Assembly (NCBI GenBank): GCA_963758495.1
Contig: CAVWVI010000004.1
Location: forward strand, 471,587 to 535,586
Origin: Oligoflexia bacterium
Lineage (GTDB): Bacteria > Bdellovibrionota > UBA1018
DNA: 64,000 nt
Direction of reading: 5' to 3'
Shown here: piece by piece, positions 1 through 9,907 of the stretch
How positions within the stretch are numbered: the stretch's first letter is position 1
Layout of the letters: every line of letters starts with the position of its first letter
Program-made: the position numbers and the translations under genes
The notes under the pieces: model-generated
Database searches by the model: none
Told to the model about the DNA's origin: nothing
Seen by the model: the letters and a program-made list of their open reading frames with translations, nothing else

Positions 1-2
1 AT

Positions 3-374
3 GTGCTTGAAATGGAGCAGCGCCTCTCTGGACGAGGAGCCGAGATGTCATTAGACACCCCTGTGAACCACGACAGCGAGAATCAAACCACTCATAGTGA
101 TCTTTTGGTGGATCATAATCAAATTGCTGATCAAGTTTTAGAACAGGCAGAATTACTTAAACTTCTCAGGGATCAGCTTCCCCATTTCCAAAAACTACTC
201 AATGATAAAGAATTGAGAATTCTCAATGACCGACTCTTAGCAGAAGAGCCCAAAACCTTACAAGAAGTCGCAGATCTCTATGGCTTAACTCGAGAGCGAG
301 CACGACAAATCGAAACTAAAGTCATTGAAAAACTTAGGGATTTTATGAAAACCTCATTTTCAGGAAAGCACTAA
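3..374 (+). CDS. RNA polymerase sigma factor, sigma-70 family, C-terminal part (5' end lies outside the window)
   Basis: ORF runs from the window edge; region-4 HTH motif TLQEVADLYGLTRERARQIETKVIEKLR typical of sigma-70/sigma-32 proteins. Confidence 0.7.
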   Translation: MLEMEQRLSGRGAEMSLDTPVNHDSENQTTHSDLLVDHNQIADQVLEQAELLKLLRDQLPHFQKLLNDKELRILNDRLLAEEPKTLQEVADLYGLTRERARQIETKVIEKLRDFMKTSFSGKH

Positions 375-495
375 TTATCAACTCACTCCTACTGAACCTA
401 GCTTTTTCCTTTACAGGAAGGCAGGGATCGTGTTAGTTCCTGACCAAATAAATAGTGAAATTATTAATAAAAACACATTCTTTTAGGTAAAAATC

Positions 496-774
496 ATGGC
501 AGGAAATACAGCAGTTAAAGAGAAAAAGGCCGAAATCGTAGAGAAACACTCTCGCAAAGCAAGCGATACAGGCTCTCCAGAGGTTCAAGTAGCACTCCTC
601 ACTCATCATATTAATGAATTGAACGAGCATTTCAAAATTCATCCAAAAGATCATCATTCTCGTCGCGGCCTCCTTAAAATGGTCGGCCAGCGCCGTCGAC
701 TTCTCACTTATCTTAAAAATGCTGACCAAAAGCGTTATACTCAGCTCATTCAGTCACTTGAACTTCGAAAATAA
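496..774 (+). CDS. rpsO: 30S ribosomal protein S15
   Basis: 92-aa ORF with S15 hallmarks [13 protein letters not shown] and [21 protein letters not shown]; conserved rpsO-pnp synteny. Confidence 0.95.
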   Translation: MAGNTAVKEKKAEIVEKHSRKASDTGSPEVQVALLTHHINELNEHFKIHPKDHHSRRGLLKMVGQRRRLLTYLKNADQKRYTQLIQSLELRK

Positions 775-840
775 TACCTTTAAGCTGGGTTGTTATTTTT
801 CAATTTCATTCGAGCTACAGTTAAACCCCAGGAGGGTTTT

Positions 841-3066
841 ATGATCCATCGTGTATCTTGTGAGATGGGCAACAAGACTTTGTCTATCGAAACAGGCAAA
901 TTAGCGAAACAAGCAAATGGCTCCGTTCTCGTCAGCTATGGCGATACTCGAGTCCTTGTCACCGCATGTTCAAGCAAAGAGCCACGTGCAGGAGCGGACT
1001 TTTTTCCGCTTACCGTGGAATTTTCGGAGAAATTTTATGCTGCTGGAAAAATTCCTGGCAGTTTTCATAAACGGGAAGGTCGCCCAACGCAGGAAGCTAC
1101 GCTTTCAGCACGAATGATCGATCGCCCTATCCGACCTTTATTTCCAGAAGGCTATTATTACGACACCCAAGTTGTCGCAACAGTACTTTCTGTGGATCCA
1201 GAAGCTGACGTTGATGTCGCTGCAGCAGTAGGCGCTTCAGCAGCACTCCATATTTCAGATCTTCCTTTCAATGGCCCAACAGCCGCTTGTAGAATGGGGC
1301 GAATTGAGGGTCAGTATGTTGTGAATCCAACCTGGACTCAAATTGAGTCAGGCGTAACCGACATGGAAATTCTTATTGCCGGCACCAAGAACGCCATTAT
1401 GATGGTGGAAGGTGGAGCACGTGAAGTTCCAGAGGATCAAGTTTTAGAAGCCATCCTCAAAGGCCATCAAGAGATTAAAAAAGTAACTGATGTTATTGAA
1501 GAACTCAGGAAGCTTTGTGGAAAACCAAAACGCGCATTTACAGCTGCCGTACTGGATACAAGCATAAAAGCTAAAGTAGAAAAAGAGGCTACATCAGCCC
1601 TTCAAAAAGCGCTTAAGACAAAAGATAAACAGACTCGCTACGATTTAGTAGCAGCTGCAAAAAAAGCAACTGTGGCTGCTTTAGTTCCTAGCTCTCTTGC
1701 AGAGTCCAAGCCGGAAGAAGCAAAGAAGCTTGAAAGTGACGTGAAGTCAGCTTTTGAACTTCTGCAATATAATCTCATGAGAGAGATGATCCTCAGCGAG
1801 AAAATGCGAATTGATGGTCGAGATATGACCACCATTCGCCCGATCTCAGTAGAAGCGGGACTTCTCCCAAGAACACACGGAAGCTCACTCTTTACTCGTG
1901 GTGAAACCCAAGTACTTGCTACCATTACACTGGGAACATCCGAAGATGAGCAAATCGTGGACACCATGTTTCAAAACTCTATGCGGAAATTCATGCTCCA
2001 TTACAACTTCCCTCCTTTCAGCGTAGGAGAGACAGGACGAATGGGTGGACAAAGTCGACGTGAAATTGGACACGGTGCTCTTGCAGAGCGCTCTATCAAA
2101 GCCATGATGCCGACCTACGATAAATTTCCTTACACAGTCCGCATCGTTTGTGAAACCTTAGAAAGTAACGGCTCTTCATCCATGGGCTCCGTTTGTAGCG
2201 CGTCCATGGCTCTTATGGATACCGGAGTGCCTTTTGCTAAGCCTGTTGCAGGAATTGCAATGGGTTTGATTAAAGAAGAGAATCGCGTAGCCATTCTCTC
2301 TGATATCCTAGGAGATGAAGATCATCTCGGTGATATGGATTTCAAAGTCGCCGGAACACGAGAAGGTGTCACTGGAATTCAGATGGACATCAAAATTGAG
2401 GGTGTTGATGAGCCGATTATGAGGACAGCGCTGGCTCAAGCTCGCGAAGGCCGTCTTCATATTATCAATGAAATGAGTAAAGCCATTGAACATCCTCGAA
2501 CAGAGATGTCCAAACTTGCTCCTAGAATTACAACCATTTCTGTTCCAACAGATAAAATTCGTGAAGTCATTGGATCAGGTGGAAAAGTGATCAAAGATAT
2601 CATTGCTCAAACCGGATGTAAGATTGATATCAATGACGATGGAAAAATCAATATTGCTTCAAACGATGGTGTCGCCGCTCAAAAGGCGATCGACATGATC
2701 AAAAGCATTGTTGCTGAAGTCGAAGTAGGTAAGATCTACAAAGGCATTGTTAAAAAGATCGTCGATTTTGGAGCTTTTGTTGGAGTACTTCCTAATCAAG
2801 ACGGACTTCTCCATATTTCAGAAATCGCTCACGAGCGTGTTAATAGCGTTCTCGATTATATAAAAGAAGGCGATGAAATCGAAGTGAAGGTCATCGAAGT
2901 TGATAAATCAGGTAAGATTCGTCTTTCCAGAAAAGTACTTCTTCCAGCACCAGAGAGTGGGAGCAATGCTCCTCGCTCTAGCGGTGGTGGACGAGGGAGT
3001 GACCGTGGACCTCGACCCATTGTAGGGCGCAGTGGAAATGAACCTACAGGTGGGAATCCAGCTTAA
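841..3066 (+). CDS. pnp: polynucleotide phosphorylase (polyribonucleotide nucleotidyltransferase)
   Basis: ATG at 841 preceded by AGGAGG (829-834); two RNase-PH-like domains, KH motif (GSGGKVIKDI) and S1 domain (GIVKKIVDFGAFV); the track's TTG start at 790 is less likely. Confidence 0.95.
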   Translation: MIHRVSCEMGNKTLSIETGKLAKQANGSVLVSYGDTRVLVTACSSKEPRAGADFFPLTVEFSEKFYAAGKIPGSFHKREGRPTQEATLSARMIDRPIRPLFPEGYYYDTQVVATVLSVDPEADVDVAAAVGASAALHISDLPFNGPTAACRMGRIEGQYVVNPTWTQIESGVTDMEILIAGTKNAIMMVEGGAREVPEDQVLEAILKGHQEIKKVTDVIEELRKLCGKPKRAFTAAVLDTSIKAKVEKEATSALQKALKTKDKQTRYDLVAAAKKATVAALVPSSLAESKPEEAKKLESDVKSAFELLQYNLMREMILSEKMRIDGRDMTTIRPISVEAGLLPRTHGSSLFTRGETQVLATITLGTSEDEQIVDTMFQNSMRKFMLHYNFPPFSVGETGRMGGQSRREIGHGALAERSIKAMMPTYDKFPYTVRIVCETLESNGSSSMGSVCSASMALMDTGVPFAKPVAGIAMGLIKEENRVAILSDILGDEDHLGDMDFKVAGTREGVTGIQMDIKIEGVDEPIMRTALAQAREGRLHIINEMSKAIEHPRTEMSKLAPRITTISVPTDKIREVIGSGGKVIKDIIAQTGCKIDINDDGKINIASNDGVAAQKAIDMIKSIVAEVEVGKIYKGIVKKIVDFGAFVGVLPNQDGLLHISEIAHERVNSVLDYIKEGDEIEVKVIEVDKSGKIRLSRKVLLPAPESGSNAPRSSGGGRGSDRGPRPIVGRSGNEPTGGNPA

Positions 3067-3100
3067 CTTTTAGACAAAACTTCAAAATAGTATTTATTTA

Positions 3101-3157
3101 AAAAGCCGCGTTTCTCTCGAGCGAATCCAAGAAGAGAGTAAAACGCGGCTTTTTTAT
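3101..3157. terminator. rho-independent terminator hairpin after pnp, probably bidirectional (also closes the convergent gene 3174..4028)
   Basis: AGCCGCGTTT (3105-3114) pairs with AAACGCGGCT (3141-3150), inner TCTCTC/GAGAGA stem, followed by TTTTTT; A-run on the other side. Confidence 0.8.
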
Positions 3158-3173
3158 AAATTCGTTAAAAATC

Positions 3174-4028
3174 TCACATCAACATCCAACTCACTAAGAG
3201 CCCCAAAGAAGTAGAACTCAGAGAGAGAGACCCATCTCCTATTAAAATATTGAGGTAAGGATTGAACAAGAGAGAAGGAGTGGCCTGCCAACTTATCCCT
3301 GGCTCAATATCCGTTCCATCATTATGAAAAGAATGAAATTTCTCACCGTAGAGATGACTCAGCTGAATCTCATAAAGAAAAGTAAATGCCATCGTAGGCG
3401 AGAATTGATAGTTTAAATTAGGTGCCAAATAGAGCTCCAAATTATTTCCAAACCCGTACTTGCCGTACCAATTACCTCGTAAAGAGCCATAAAGTCCTAA
3501 TAGGATCCTAGAGGATGGGACTTCGTAAGTAAGAGATTGAAAAGTTTGAGCTCCAAACAAAAGATCACTAAAATGTGAATAGGAAGTCACAGGAAAGTGG
3601 AATCGCACATCACTGTAGAGATTTAAGTTTCCACTATGAATTAAAAAATTATCAGACACCCTAACAAAGGGATCTTGTAATACCATTTTCTGACCCTGAA
3701 CAGGTTGCCAGAGCCAATACCCGGTGGCAGCTACTGAATACTCGGGCGAAATATTATATCCCACACTCAGAAAGTTTTTTAGAAATACGGGGCGATCTAT
3801 ATTGGGTTCGCCATTAAAATCAGGTTGATAGCTCGTTGGTTTTTTAACAGATGGGCCATAAAGAATCCCAAAATAGTTCGCATTGAATCTACTCAGTATA
3901 TCCTCATGATCTTGTGAGATATCAGAATGGACACTTTCTGACTCGATGCGTGGTTCAAAGTCCTGCTCCACAGCAAATGCACTTGCTGCAAACGCAGAAA
4001 TGGAAAAGAGAATGAAAAGAAGTTTCAT
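3174..4028 (-). CDS. hypothetical exported protein
   Basis: 284-aa ORF with N-terminal signal peptide MKLLFILFSISAFAASAFA; Tyr/Gly/Asn/Ser-rich; no catalytic motif recognised. Confidence 0.5.
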   Translation of the reverse strand: MKLLFILFSISAFAASAFAVEQDFEPRIESESVHSDISQDHEDILSRFNANYFGILYGPSVKKPTSYQPDFNGEPNIDRPVFLKNFLSVGYNISPEYSVAATGYWLWQPVQGQKMVLQDPFVRVSDNFLIHSGNLNLYSDVRFHFPVTSYSHFSDLLFGAQTFQSLTYEVPSSRILLGLYGSLRGNWYGKYGFGNNLELYLAPNLNYQFSPTMAFTFLYEIQLSHLYGEKFHSFHNDGTDIEPGISWQATPSLLFNPYLNILIGDGSLSLSSTSLGLLVSWMLM

Positions 4029-4180
4029 GACCTATCCCCCTGGAGAGAAAGGACTTAGCAAGGCTCCTGCCAACTTTTTTAGGCCTATAATGCATTCACC
4101 CACTTCAAAGGGGTGAGGATTGTACAAATCATCTGTTTCAAGGCTACCAAATCATTCGTTTCAAGCTACAATGATCGATA

Positions 4181-4972
4181 ATGGATCAAAAAGTAGCGGA
4201 AGAATGGTACATCGACGATCACGATCAGAGAAAGGGGCCATTTTCTGCAAAACAGATCTCAGAGCTATTTGAGAAGGGAGAACTTTCAGCGGCTTGCCAC
4301 ATCTCGAATAAAGACAAAAGTAAAAGTCTAAAAATCGTGAATTTCCTTGAATCTCGAGTAGATACAACACATTCCTTGTTTCAAACACTGCAGATTTCCA
4401 AAGAAAAAGGTTACCATTCTCATCATTCTCACTCCTCCCATCAAGATCCTGATATGCCCTTTGAATCAGGGGAAGTGTATGAAGTGATCCACCTTCCCAC
4501 TAAAAAGAAAAAAAGTAACCTATCGATCCTTTTAATCACCCTACTCACCCTAGGAATCCTCGTAGGGATTCTTGCAATCATGCGCTTGCTCATGACTCCA
4601 AAAGAGACTCCATCCAAACCCGATAGCTCCACTTTAAAAACTGAAACCTCCCCTCATAAAACCGGACTCGAAGCCACCTTACCCCTTCAGAAACTCGCTC
4701 AACCCAAGTTTCCAACTCGTTACTCCTCCCCTTTAAAACCTTCTCCTACGCCAGAAATACCTCCTCCAGCGCCCCTCGTTAATGATGAACAGCTTCCCAC
4801 TTCATCAAATGATGATGGAATGATGAATAATGAAGTGGCATCTGACCCTGCAGATCTTCCTCAGGTGGATGCTCCAGGTCCCAAGGAGTTAGATAACAGC
4901 TTAAACACACTCCCAGATCCATCTCAAACCACAACGACACAACCTATTATCATGCCACCGATTACGGAATGA
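4181..4972 (+). CDS. hypothetical membrane-anchored protein with N-terminal GYF-like (DUF4339-type) domain and Pro/Ser/Thr-rich tail
   Basis: N-terminal WYIDDHDQRKGPFSAKQISELFEKGEL pattern, one predicted TM helix (LSILLITLLTLGILVGILAI), low-complexity proline-rich C-terminus. Confidence 0.5.
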   Translation: MDQKVAEEWYIDDHDQRKGPFSAKQISELFEKGELSAACHISNKDKSKSLKIVNFLESRVDTTHSLFQTLQISKEKGYHSHHSHSSHQDPDMPFESGEVYEVIHLPTKKKKSNLSILLITLLTLGILVGILAIMRLLMTPKETPSKPDSSTLKTETSPHKTGLEATLPLQKLAQPKFPTRYSSPLKPSPTPEIPPPAPLVNDEQLPTSSNDDGMMNNEVASDPADLPQVDAPGPKELDNSLNTLPDPSQTTTTQPIIMPPITE

Positions 4973-5028
4973 ATTACCACTGAATGACTTGACGCAGCTT
5001 CAAACGTCAGTTAACCAAAGTAGTCTTG

Positions 5029-5673
5029 ATGGTAAATACAAAACGTGGGCTTTTTATTAGCTTTGAGGGAACTGAGGGATCTGGAAAATCCACTTTAATC
5101 CGTAAAATTACAACTTTACTTGAGCAAGAGGGTTACAAAATAACTCAAACGAGGGAACCTGGGGGAAACGAACTAGCAGAGAAAATCCGCACGATTTTAT
5201 TAGAAATGCCCATGCACCCCATGACCGAGCTGCTCCTTTACGAAGCGGCCCGAACTGAACATCTTATAAAAACAATTCAACCTGCATTAAATCGCAATGA
5301 ATGGGTTCTCTGTGATCGATTTACTGATTCCACACTCGCTTATCAAGCCCATGCAAGAGGGCTTCCTTGGAGCCAAGTTAAAACCCTAAATCGAATGGCT
5401 ACCTTTGGACTCCGACCTGATTTAACCGTCTTTTTGGATATTGATCCTCGAATCGGATTAGAAAGAGCTCAAAATCCAAACCGCTTTGAAGCTGAAGGCA
5501 TTGAATTTCAAAAACGTGTCCGCTCTGGTTTTTTAAAAGCCCGAGCTGAGGCTCCCAAACGTTGGATGACGTTAAAAACAGGGGACAAAACACCTGATCA
5601 ACTCGCTCGGCTTATATTGAAGCAAATCAACAAGCGTTTTAAATACAGGATGCAAGGCATTCAGCGTGACTAA
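5029..5673 (+). CDS. tmk: thymidylate kinase
   Basis: P-loop FEGTEGSGKST at the N-terminus, dTMP kinase family length and layout; ATG at 5029 (TTG at 5026 also possible). Confidence 0.9.
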   Translation: MVNTKRGLFISFEGTEGSGKSTLIRKITTLLEQEGYKITQTREPGGNELAEKIRTILLEMPMHPMTELLLYEAARTEHLIKTIQPALNRNEWVLCDRFTDSTLAYQAHARGLPWSQVKTLNRMATFGLRPDLTVFLDIDPRIGLERAQNPNRFEAEGIEFQKRVRSGFLKARAEAPKRWMTLKTGDKTPDQLARLILKQINKRFKYRMQGIQRD

Positions 5674-6793
5674 AACGACTGTAGATCAAACGAGTCAGCG
5701 AAATCCGTTGAAAAAGTTACCCGAAACAGTTTTTCGTCATCATGGACAGACGCTCTTAGGCCCTATGAAGGAATGGCAGAAGAGAAAACAAGCACCTCCT
5801 GTTCTTTTACTCACTGGACAAACTGGCATTGGCAAAAAATCCATTGCCTATTTCATAGCTCAATGGATTCTCTGTGAAAGAAGTGGCTTTTCTCCACAAT
5901 TTGACTCAAACAGTTCTTCTCTCCAACTCTCCCCCTGTAATCAATGCTCTTCTTGTCTAAAAATACTCTCTGGGAATCAAGTGGATCTCGTGGAGATCTC
6001 TTCTGAAACAGATGATGAATCAGCCCAGACCTCTGGCTCCCTGAAGATTGATCAATTCCGAAAACTCAAGAACTCCACCGGCTTCGGAGCGCATGAAAGT
6101 CAGTTTAGGATGATACTCATCCCACACTCAGACCGAATGACCCCTCAGGCCTCCAACTCTGTTCTCAAACTTTTAGAAGAGACTCCTCCAGGATGGATTT
6201 TCATCCTCACAGCGAATGACCCCACACTGCTCCTCCCTACTTTAGTTTCTCGATGCCAGATTCTTCGACTCAAACCATTTTCTACAGACGAAATTCAAGA
6301 ACTCTTGAAAGCAAATGGAATAGACGGAGTAAAATGTAAGATTTGTGCAAATCTTGCGCAAGGGAGCTGGAGTCGAGCTCTCTCCTTTGCGCAACCCGAA
6401 ATCTGGGAAAAAAGGCAGGTATTTTTTCAATTTTTAATGAATCCCACTACTGCTATCCAGTCTCTCATCGATTGGTGTTCTCAAGATTCTTCAAATTTAT
6501 TCATACTTTTAGATATAATCGAACAACTCAGTGCCGATCTCATTCGTTGGACCACTTCAGAGAATCTCCCCTCTCTCGAAAACTATTCGTGGACCAATAT
6601 AGATGGTAAAGACGCTCTCTCATTTCATGTTAAACAAGTCCTGCGCCACAGAGGAGGAATCCAAGCTGCAAGAGATTTCTGGATCGAGCGTGTGGAGCAG
6701 CTCGCTCAAGCCAGACAAGAGCTACTAGCCCCCATCAACCGAAAACTTTTAATTCAAAACTTACTCCTTCCATGGATCGGAGCTGCTTCATGA
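5666..6793 (+). CDS. holB: DNA polymerase III delta-prime subunit (clamp-loader AAA+ protein)
   Basis: Walker A LLLTGQTGIGKKS, Cys-rich zinc module CNQCSSC, conserved tmk-holB synteny; GTG start overlapping the tmk end. Confidence 0.75.
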   Translation: MTKTTVDQTSQRNPLKKLPETVFRHHGQTLLGPMKEWQKRKQAPPVLLLTGQTGIGKKSIAYFIAQWILCERSGFSPQFDSNSSSLQLSPCNQCSSCLKILSGNQVDLVEISSETDDESAQTSGSLKIDQFRKLKNSTGFGAHESQFRMILIPHSDRMTPQASNSVLKLLEETPPGWIFILTANDPTLLLPTLVSRCQILRLKPFSTDEIQELLKANGIDGVKCKICANLAQGSWSRALSFAQPEIWEKRQVFFQFLMNPTTAIQSLIDWCSQDSSNLFILLDIIEQLSADLIRWTTSENLPSLENYSWTNIDGKDALSFHVKQVLRHRGGIQAARDFWIERVEQLAQARQELLAPINRKLLIQNLLLPWIGAAS

Positions 6794-7497
6794 TTTCCGT
6801 ATCCCAAGTAAGCAAAAAATTTCAGGAAAACTGGATTTTTAGAAACCTATCTTTGGAGATCAATGATCAAGAATCCGTGGTGCTCATTGGTCCATCTGGC
6901 GGTGGAAAGAGTCTTCTCTTAAAAATGATTGCGGGACTGATCACTCCAGACGAAGGGAGCGTCACTTTAAAGAATCAAAATATTGGAATGTTATTTCAAA
7001 AAAATGCACTTTTTGATTCATTTACTGTAGAAGAAAACCTTTTATTCCCCTTAAGAGAGAGAATGGGAATCACAGGAGCACCCGCTCAAGAAAAAGCTGC
7101 ACGCTTTTTAACTGCAGTAGGTTTGAAAGGATGTGAGGATCTTCTTCCAGATGAAATTTCTGGAGGCATGCAAAAAAGACTGGGAATTGCTCGCGCGCTC
7201 ATTGTCGAGCCCGAACTGATCCTTTACGATGAACCCACAGCCGGACTCGACCCCATCACTTCGAAAACCATAGCAGATTTAATTAAGTCTTTACGTATTG
7301 AAACTAAAAGCACTCTTCTCACCGTAACAAATGATATGCAGAGAGCCTACCAATTAGGTGATCGAATTTATTTACTTGCACAAGGGAGCCTATTCTTAGG
7401 AGGGACCCCTACTCAAGTTCAAGCAACAGATGATCTTAGAATGAGGCAGTTCATCTACGGGCTTAAACAAGGGCCCCTCACGTCGGGACTAGTATGA
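6790..7497 (+). CDS. ABC transporter ATP-binding protein, MlaF-like, subunit 1 (canonical signature, non-canonical H-loop)
   Basis: Walker A GPSGGGKS, signature EISGGMQKR, Walker B ILYDEPTAGLD, H-loop position reads TVTNDMQ (Asn instead of His); ATG at 6790 overlaps the holB stop. Confidence 0.85.
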   Translation: MISVSQVSKKFQENWIFRNLSLEINDQESVVLIGPSGGGKSLLLKMIAGLITPDEGSVTLKNQNIGMLFQKNALFDSFTVEENLLFPLRERMGITGAPAQEKAARFLTAVGLKGCEDLLPDEISGGMQKRLGIARALIVEPELILYDEPTAGLDPITSKTIADLIKSLRIETKSTLLTVTNDMQRAYQLGDRIYLLAQGSLFLGGTPTQVQATDDLRMRQFIYGLKQGPLTSGLV

Positions 7498-8288
7498 GTA
7501 TTTACTTTGAGAAGGTGACTAAATCATTTGGTTCAAAAACTATTCTTCGTGACGTTTCCTTTCAAGTGGCCACGGGAGAAATCCTCTTTATTTTAGGTAA
7601 AAGTGGCATGGGAAAATCAGTGACCCTCAAGCATATTGTAGGAGTCATGAAGCCTGACTCAGGTCGTGTCTTTGTAGATCAAGAAGATGTCACTCTACTT
7701 CGAGAAAATGATCTCGCTCGTATTCGCAGAAAATGCGGAATGGTATTCCAGCAGCCGGCTTTATTAGATTCCCTCTCTATCTATGATAATGTTGCATTTG
7801 GCTTGAAAACAACTCAATACACCCAAAGTATCTCACGATCATTGACTGAAAGCGAAATCACAAAAAAAGTGATTGAGAAACTCGCCTTAGTCAATCTCGG
7901 TCCAGAGATCCTTTCCCGGTTTCCACCCGAGATCTCTTACGGAATGCAAAAACGAGTTTCACTCGCAAGAACACTCGCACCTGACCCTACTTATCTTTTA
8001 TTTGATGAACCCACAACTGGACTTGACCCCATCACCACAAACGCCGTGAATGAGCTCATTTTAAACTTATCTAGAAAACTTCGGGTAACCAGTGTAGTCG
8101 TATCGCACGATATGGCATGTGCTTTAAAAATTGCAGATCAAATTTTAGTCCTCGATCAAGCCCGCATCTTAGCCCATGCGCCAGTTTCAGTGATTAAAAA
8201 GTCTCGAGAGCCTCTCATTCAGGAATTTCTTTCTGAAACATTGGCTCTCCTCTCCCCTGAAGATCGAAGGGACGATTCTCATTTATGA
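7494..8288 (+). CDS. ABC transporter ATP-binding protein, MlaF-like, subunit 2 (degenerate signature, canonical H-loop)
   Basis: Walker A GKSGMGKS, signature reads EISYGMQKR (Gly to Tyr), Walker B LLFDEPTTGLD, H-loop VVSHDMA; ATGA overlap with the upstream gene. Confidence 0.85.
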   Translation: MSIYFEKVTKSFGSKTILRDVSFQVATGEILFILGKSGMGKSVTLKHIVGVMKPDSGRVFVDQEDVTLLRENDLARIRRKCGMVFQQPALLDSLSIYDNVAFGLKTTQYTQSISRSLTESEITKKVIEKLALVNLGPEILSRFPPEISYGMQKRVSLARTLAPDPTYLLFDEPTTGLDPITTNAVNELILNLSRKLRVTSVVVSHDMACALKIADQILVLDQARILAHAPVSVIKKSREPLIQEFLSETLALLSPEDRRDDSHL

Positions 8289-9088
8289 ATCAGCTATTCG
8301 AAAACACGATCATGAAACTTTTGGACGAGCTCGGGAGCGTTTGTCTTTTCTTTCTTACTGTCGTCCGAACTTTTTTTTCGACTCGCGGAAATTTTCGACC
8401 TATTATCGCTCAGATTTCATTTGTTTCTTTTCGCTCTTTATCTACGATTGCATTTGCAGGAGTTTTTGTAGGAGCTATTCTTGTTCTTCAATTCAATTTA
8501 ATTCTAGCCCAATACGACTCCCAATCCCTACTGGGAGGCCTGAATACATCCAGCGTAGTTCGTGAAGTAGGCCCATTGATTATCTCATTCTTACTTGCAG
8601 GAAAGATTGGTGCTTACACAGCTGCCGAACTCGGAACCATGAGAGTTACCGAACAAATTGATGCTATTGAATGTCTGGGTGTCAATCCAATCCAGTACCT
8701 AATTGTCCCACGCCTCATTGGCATTGCTATTTCAAGCCTCATTTTGCTCATCATTGGACTCATAGTCAGCGTAGTCGGCTCCATGTTGGTAGCCTATGTG
8801 GCTTGTAATATCAATTTTCTTGAATTTACTTCAAGCATTCCCCGCTTCACTTCTTTTTCGAGCATAGCGGGGGGATTGTTTAAGTCCATCGTTTATGGAA
8901 CAATCGTTGCGACTGTTTCATGTCAAAAGGGATTTACAGCGACCGGCGGAGCAAGAGGGGTAGGTAGAGCCGTCACCTCAGCCGCGGTATTTACAAATTT
9001 TTACATTTTATTGGCTAACTATTTGACGAGTTATTTGATCGAGTTTATCAGCAACTTAGCACCCTTCTTTTATAGGATCCACCTATGA
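8285..9088 (+). CDS. mlaE: MlaE-type ABC permease, subunit 1
   Basis: Multi-pass membrane protein with MlaE/YrbE motif EQIDAIECLGVNPIQYLIVPRLIGIAIS; ATGA overlap with the ATPase gene. Confidence 0.8.
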   Translation: MNQLFENTIMKLLDELGSVCLFFLTVVRTFFSTRGNFRPIIAQISFVSFRSLSTIAFAGVFVGAILVLQFNLILAQYDSQSLLGGLNTSSVVREVGPLIISFLLAGKIGAYTAAELGTMRVTEQIDAIECLGVNPIQYLIVPRLIGIAISSLILLIIGLIVSVVGSMLVAYVACNINFLEFTSSIPRFTSFSSIAGGLFKSIVYGTIVATVSCQKGFTATGGARGVGRAVTSAAVFTNFYILLANYLTSYLIEFISNLAPFFYRIHL

Positions 9089-9903
9089 ACGCTGAAACTA
9101 CTATCCTCCCTTCTCTCTGGATCAAAGTTCTCCATAAATTGGGGTCCCCCATTCAAGCGCAACTCTCTATTCTTTGCGAAATCTTCATCCTCTTTTTTCA
9201 AATATTAAAAAGGTTTTTTCGACTCAACTGTTGGAGATGGAGCGAAATTATTCAATCCATTGTTCAATCTGGAATCGGCAGTCTTCCTATTATTGCAATT
9301 TCTACAGCTTCTGCGGGACTCGTGATTACCAATGAAATCGCATGGCATATGAACTTTGCTCTTCATTCAGTAACGATGATTCCCGGCTTTGCTGGGCAAT
9401 TCATCATTCGGGAATTAGGAATTGCAATTCCAGCTCTTTTGCTGGTCTCAAAGGTAGGGGCAGCTACCACGGCAGAAATTGGAAGTATGAAGGTCACCGA
9501 ACAAATTGATGCGCTTAAGCTGCTCGGTATTGATCCCATTAATTATCTTGTTTTTCCTCGATTTATCGCGACCATTGTCTCAAGCACCTGTCTTACTTTA
9601 ATTTCAATTTTTATTACGCTGACCTGTGCTACTTTTATTTCGGTAACTCGCTATAATTTTTCTGTACTTGAATTTTTAAATGCACTGAAACATTTTGTTG
9701 GCGCAAAAGATATCGTTTGCGCTCTTGTAAAAGGAAGCATTTACGGAGCCGTGATACCGATCATCTCTTGTGCTTATGGTTTTAGATGTAAGGGTGGCGC
9801 TAACGGCGTGGGAACTGCCACGACCGATTCCGTTGTCTCATCTACCATCGCTATTATTATATTAGATTTCGTTTTGACTTATATTTTTACGCTTATTCTT
9901 TGA
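9085..9903 (+). CDS. mlaE: MlaE-type ABC permease, subunit 2 (distinct paralogue)
   Basis: Motif EQIDALKLLGIDPINYLVFPRFIATIVS; ATGA overlap with the preceding permease. Confidence 0.8.
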   Translation: MNAETTILPSLWIKVLHKLGSPIQAQLSILCEIFILFFQILKRFFRLNCWRWSEIIQSIVQSGIGSLPIIAISTASAGLVITNEIAWHMNFALHSVTMIPGFAGQFIIRELGIAIPALLLVSKVGAATTAEIGSMKVTEQIDALKLLGIDPINYLVFPRFIATIVSSTCLTLISIFITLTCATFISVTRYNFSVLEFLNALKHFVGAKDIVCALVKGSIYGAVIPIISCAYGFRCKGGANGVGTATTDSVVSSTIAIIILDFVLTYIFTLIL

Positions 9904-9907
9904 AAGG

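Noticed and set aside
917-2493. Short ORFs nested in or antisense to pnp (917..1117, 1638..1967, 1885..2073, 2308..2493), and analogous ones inside mlaE, glpD, aspS, the PLD gene and others
   Set aside because: They lie entirely inside long genes with clear conserved motifs and have no start context or motif of their own; treated as frame noise
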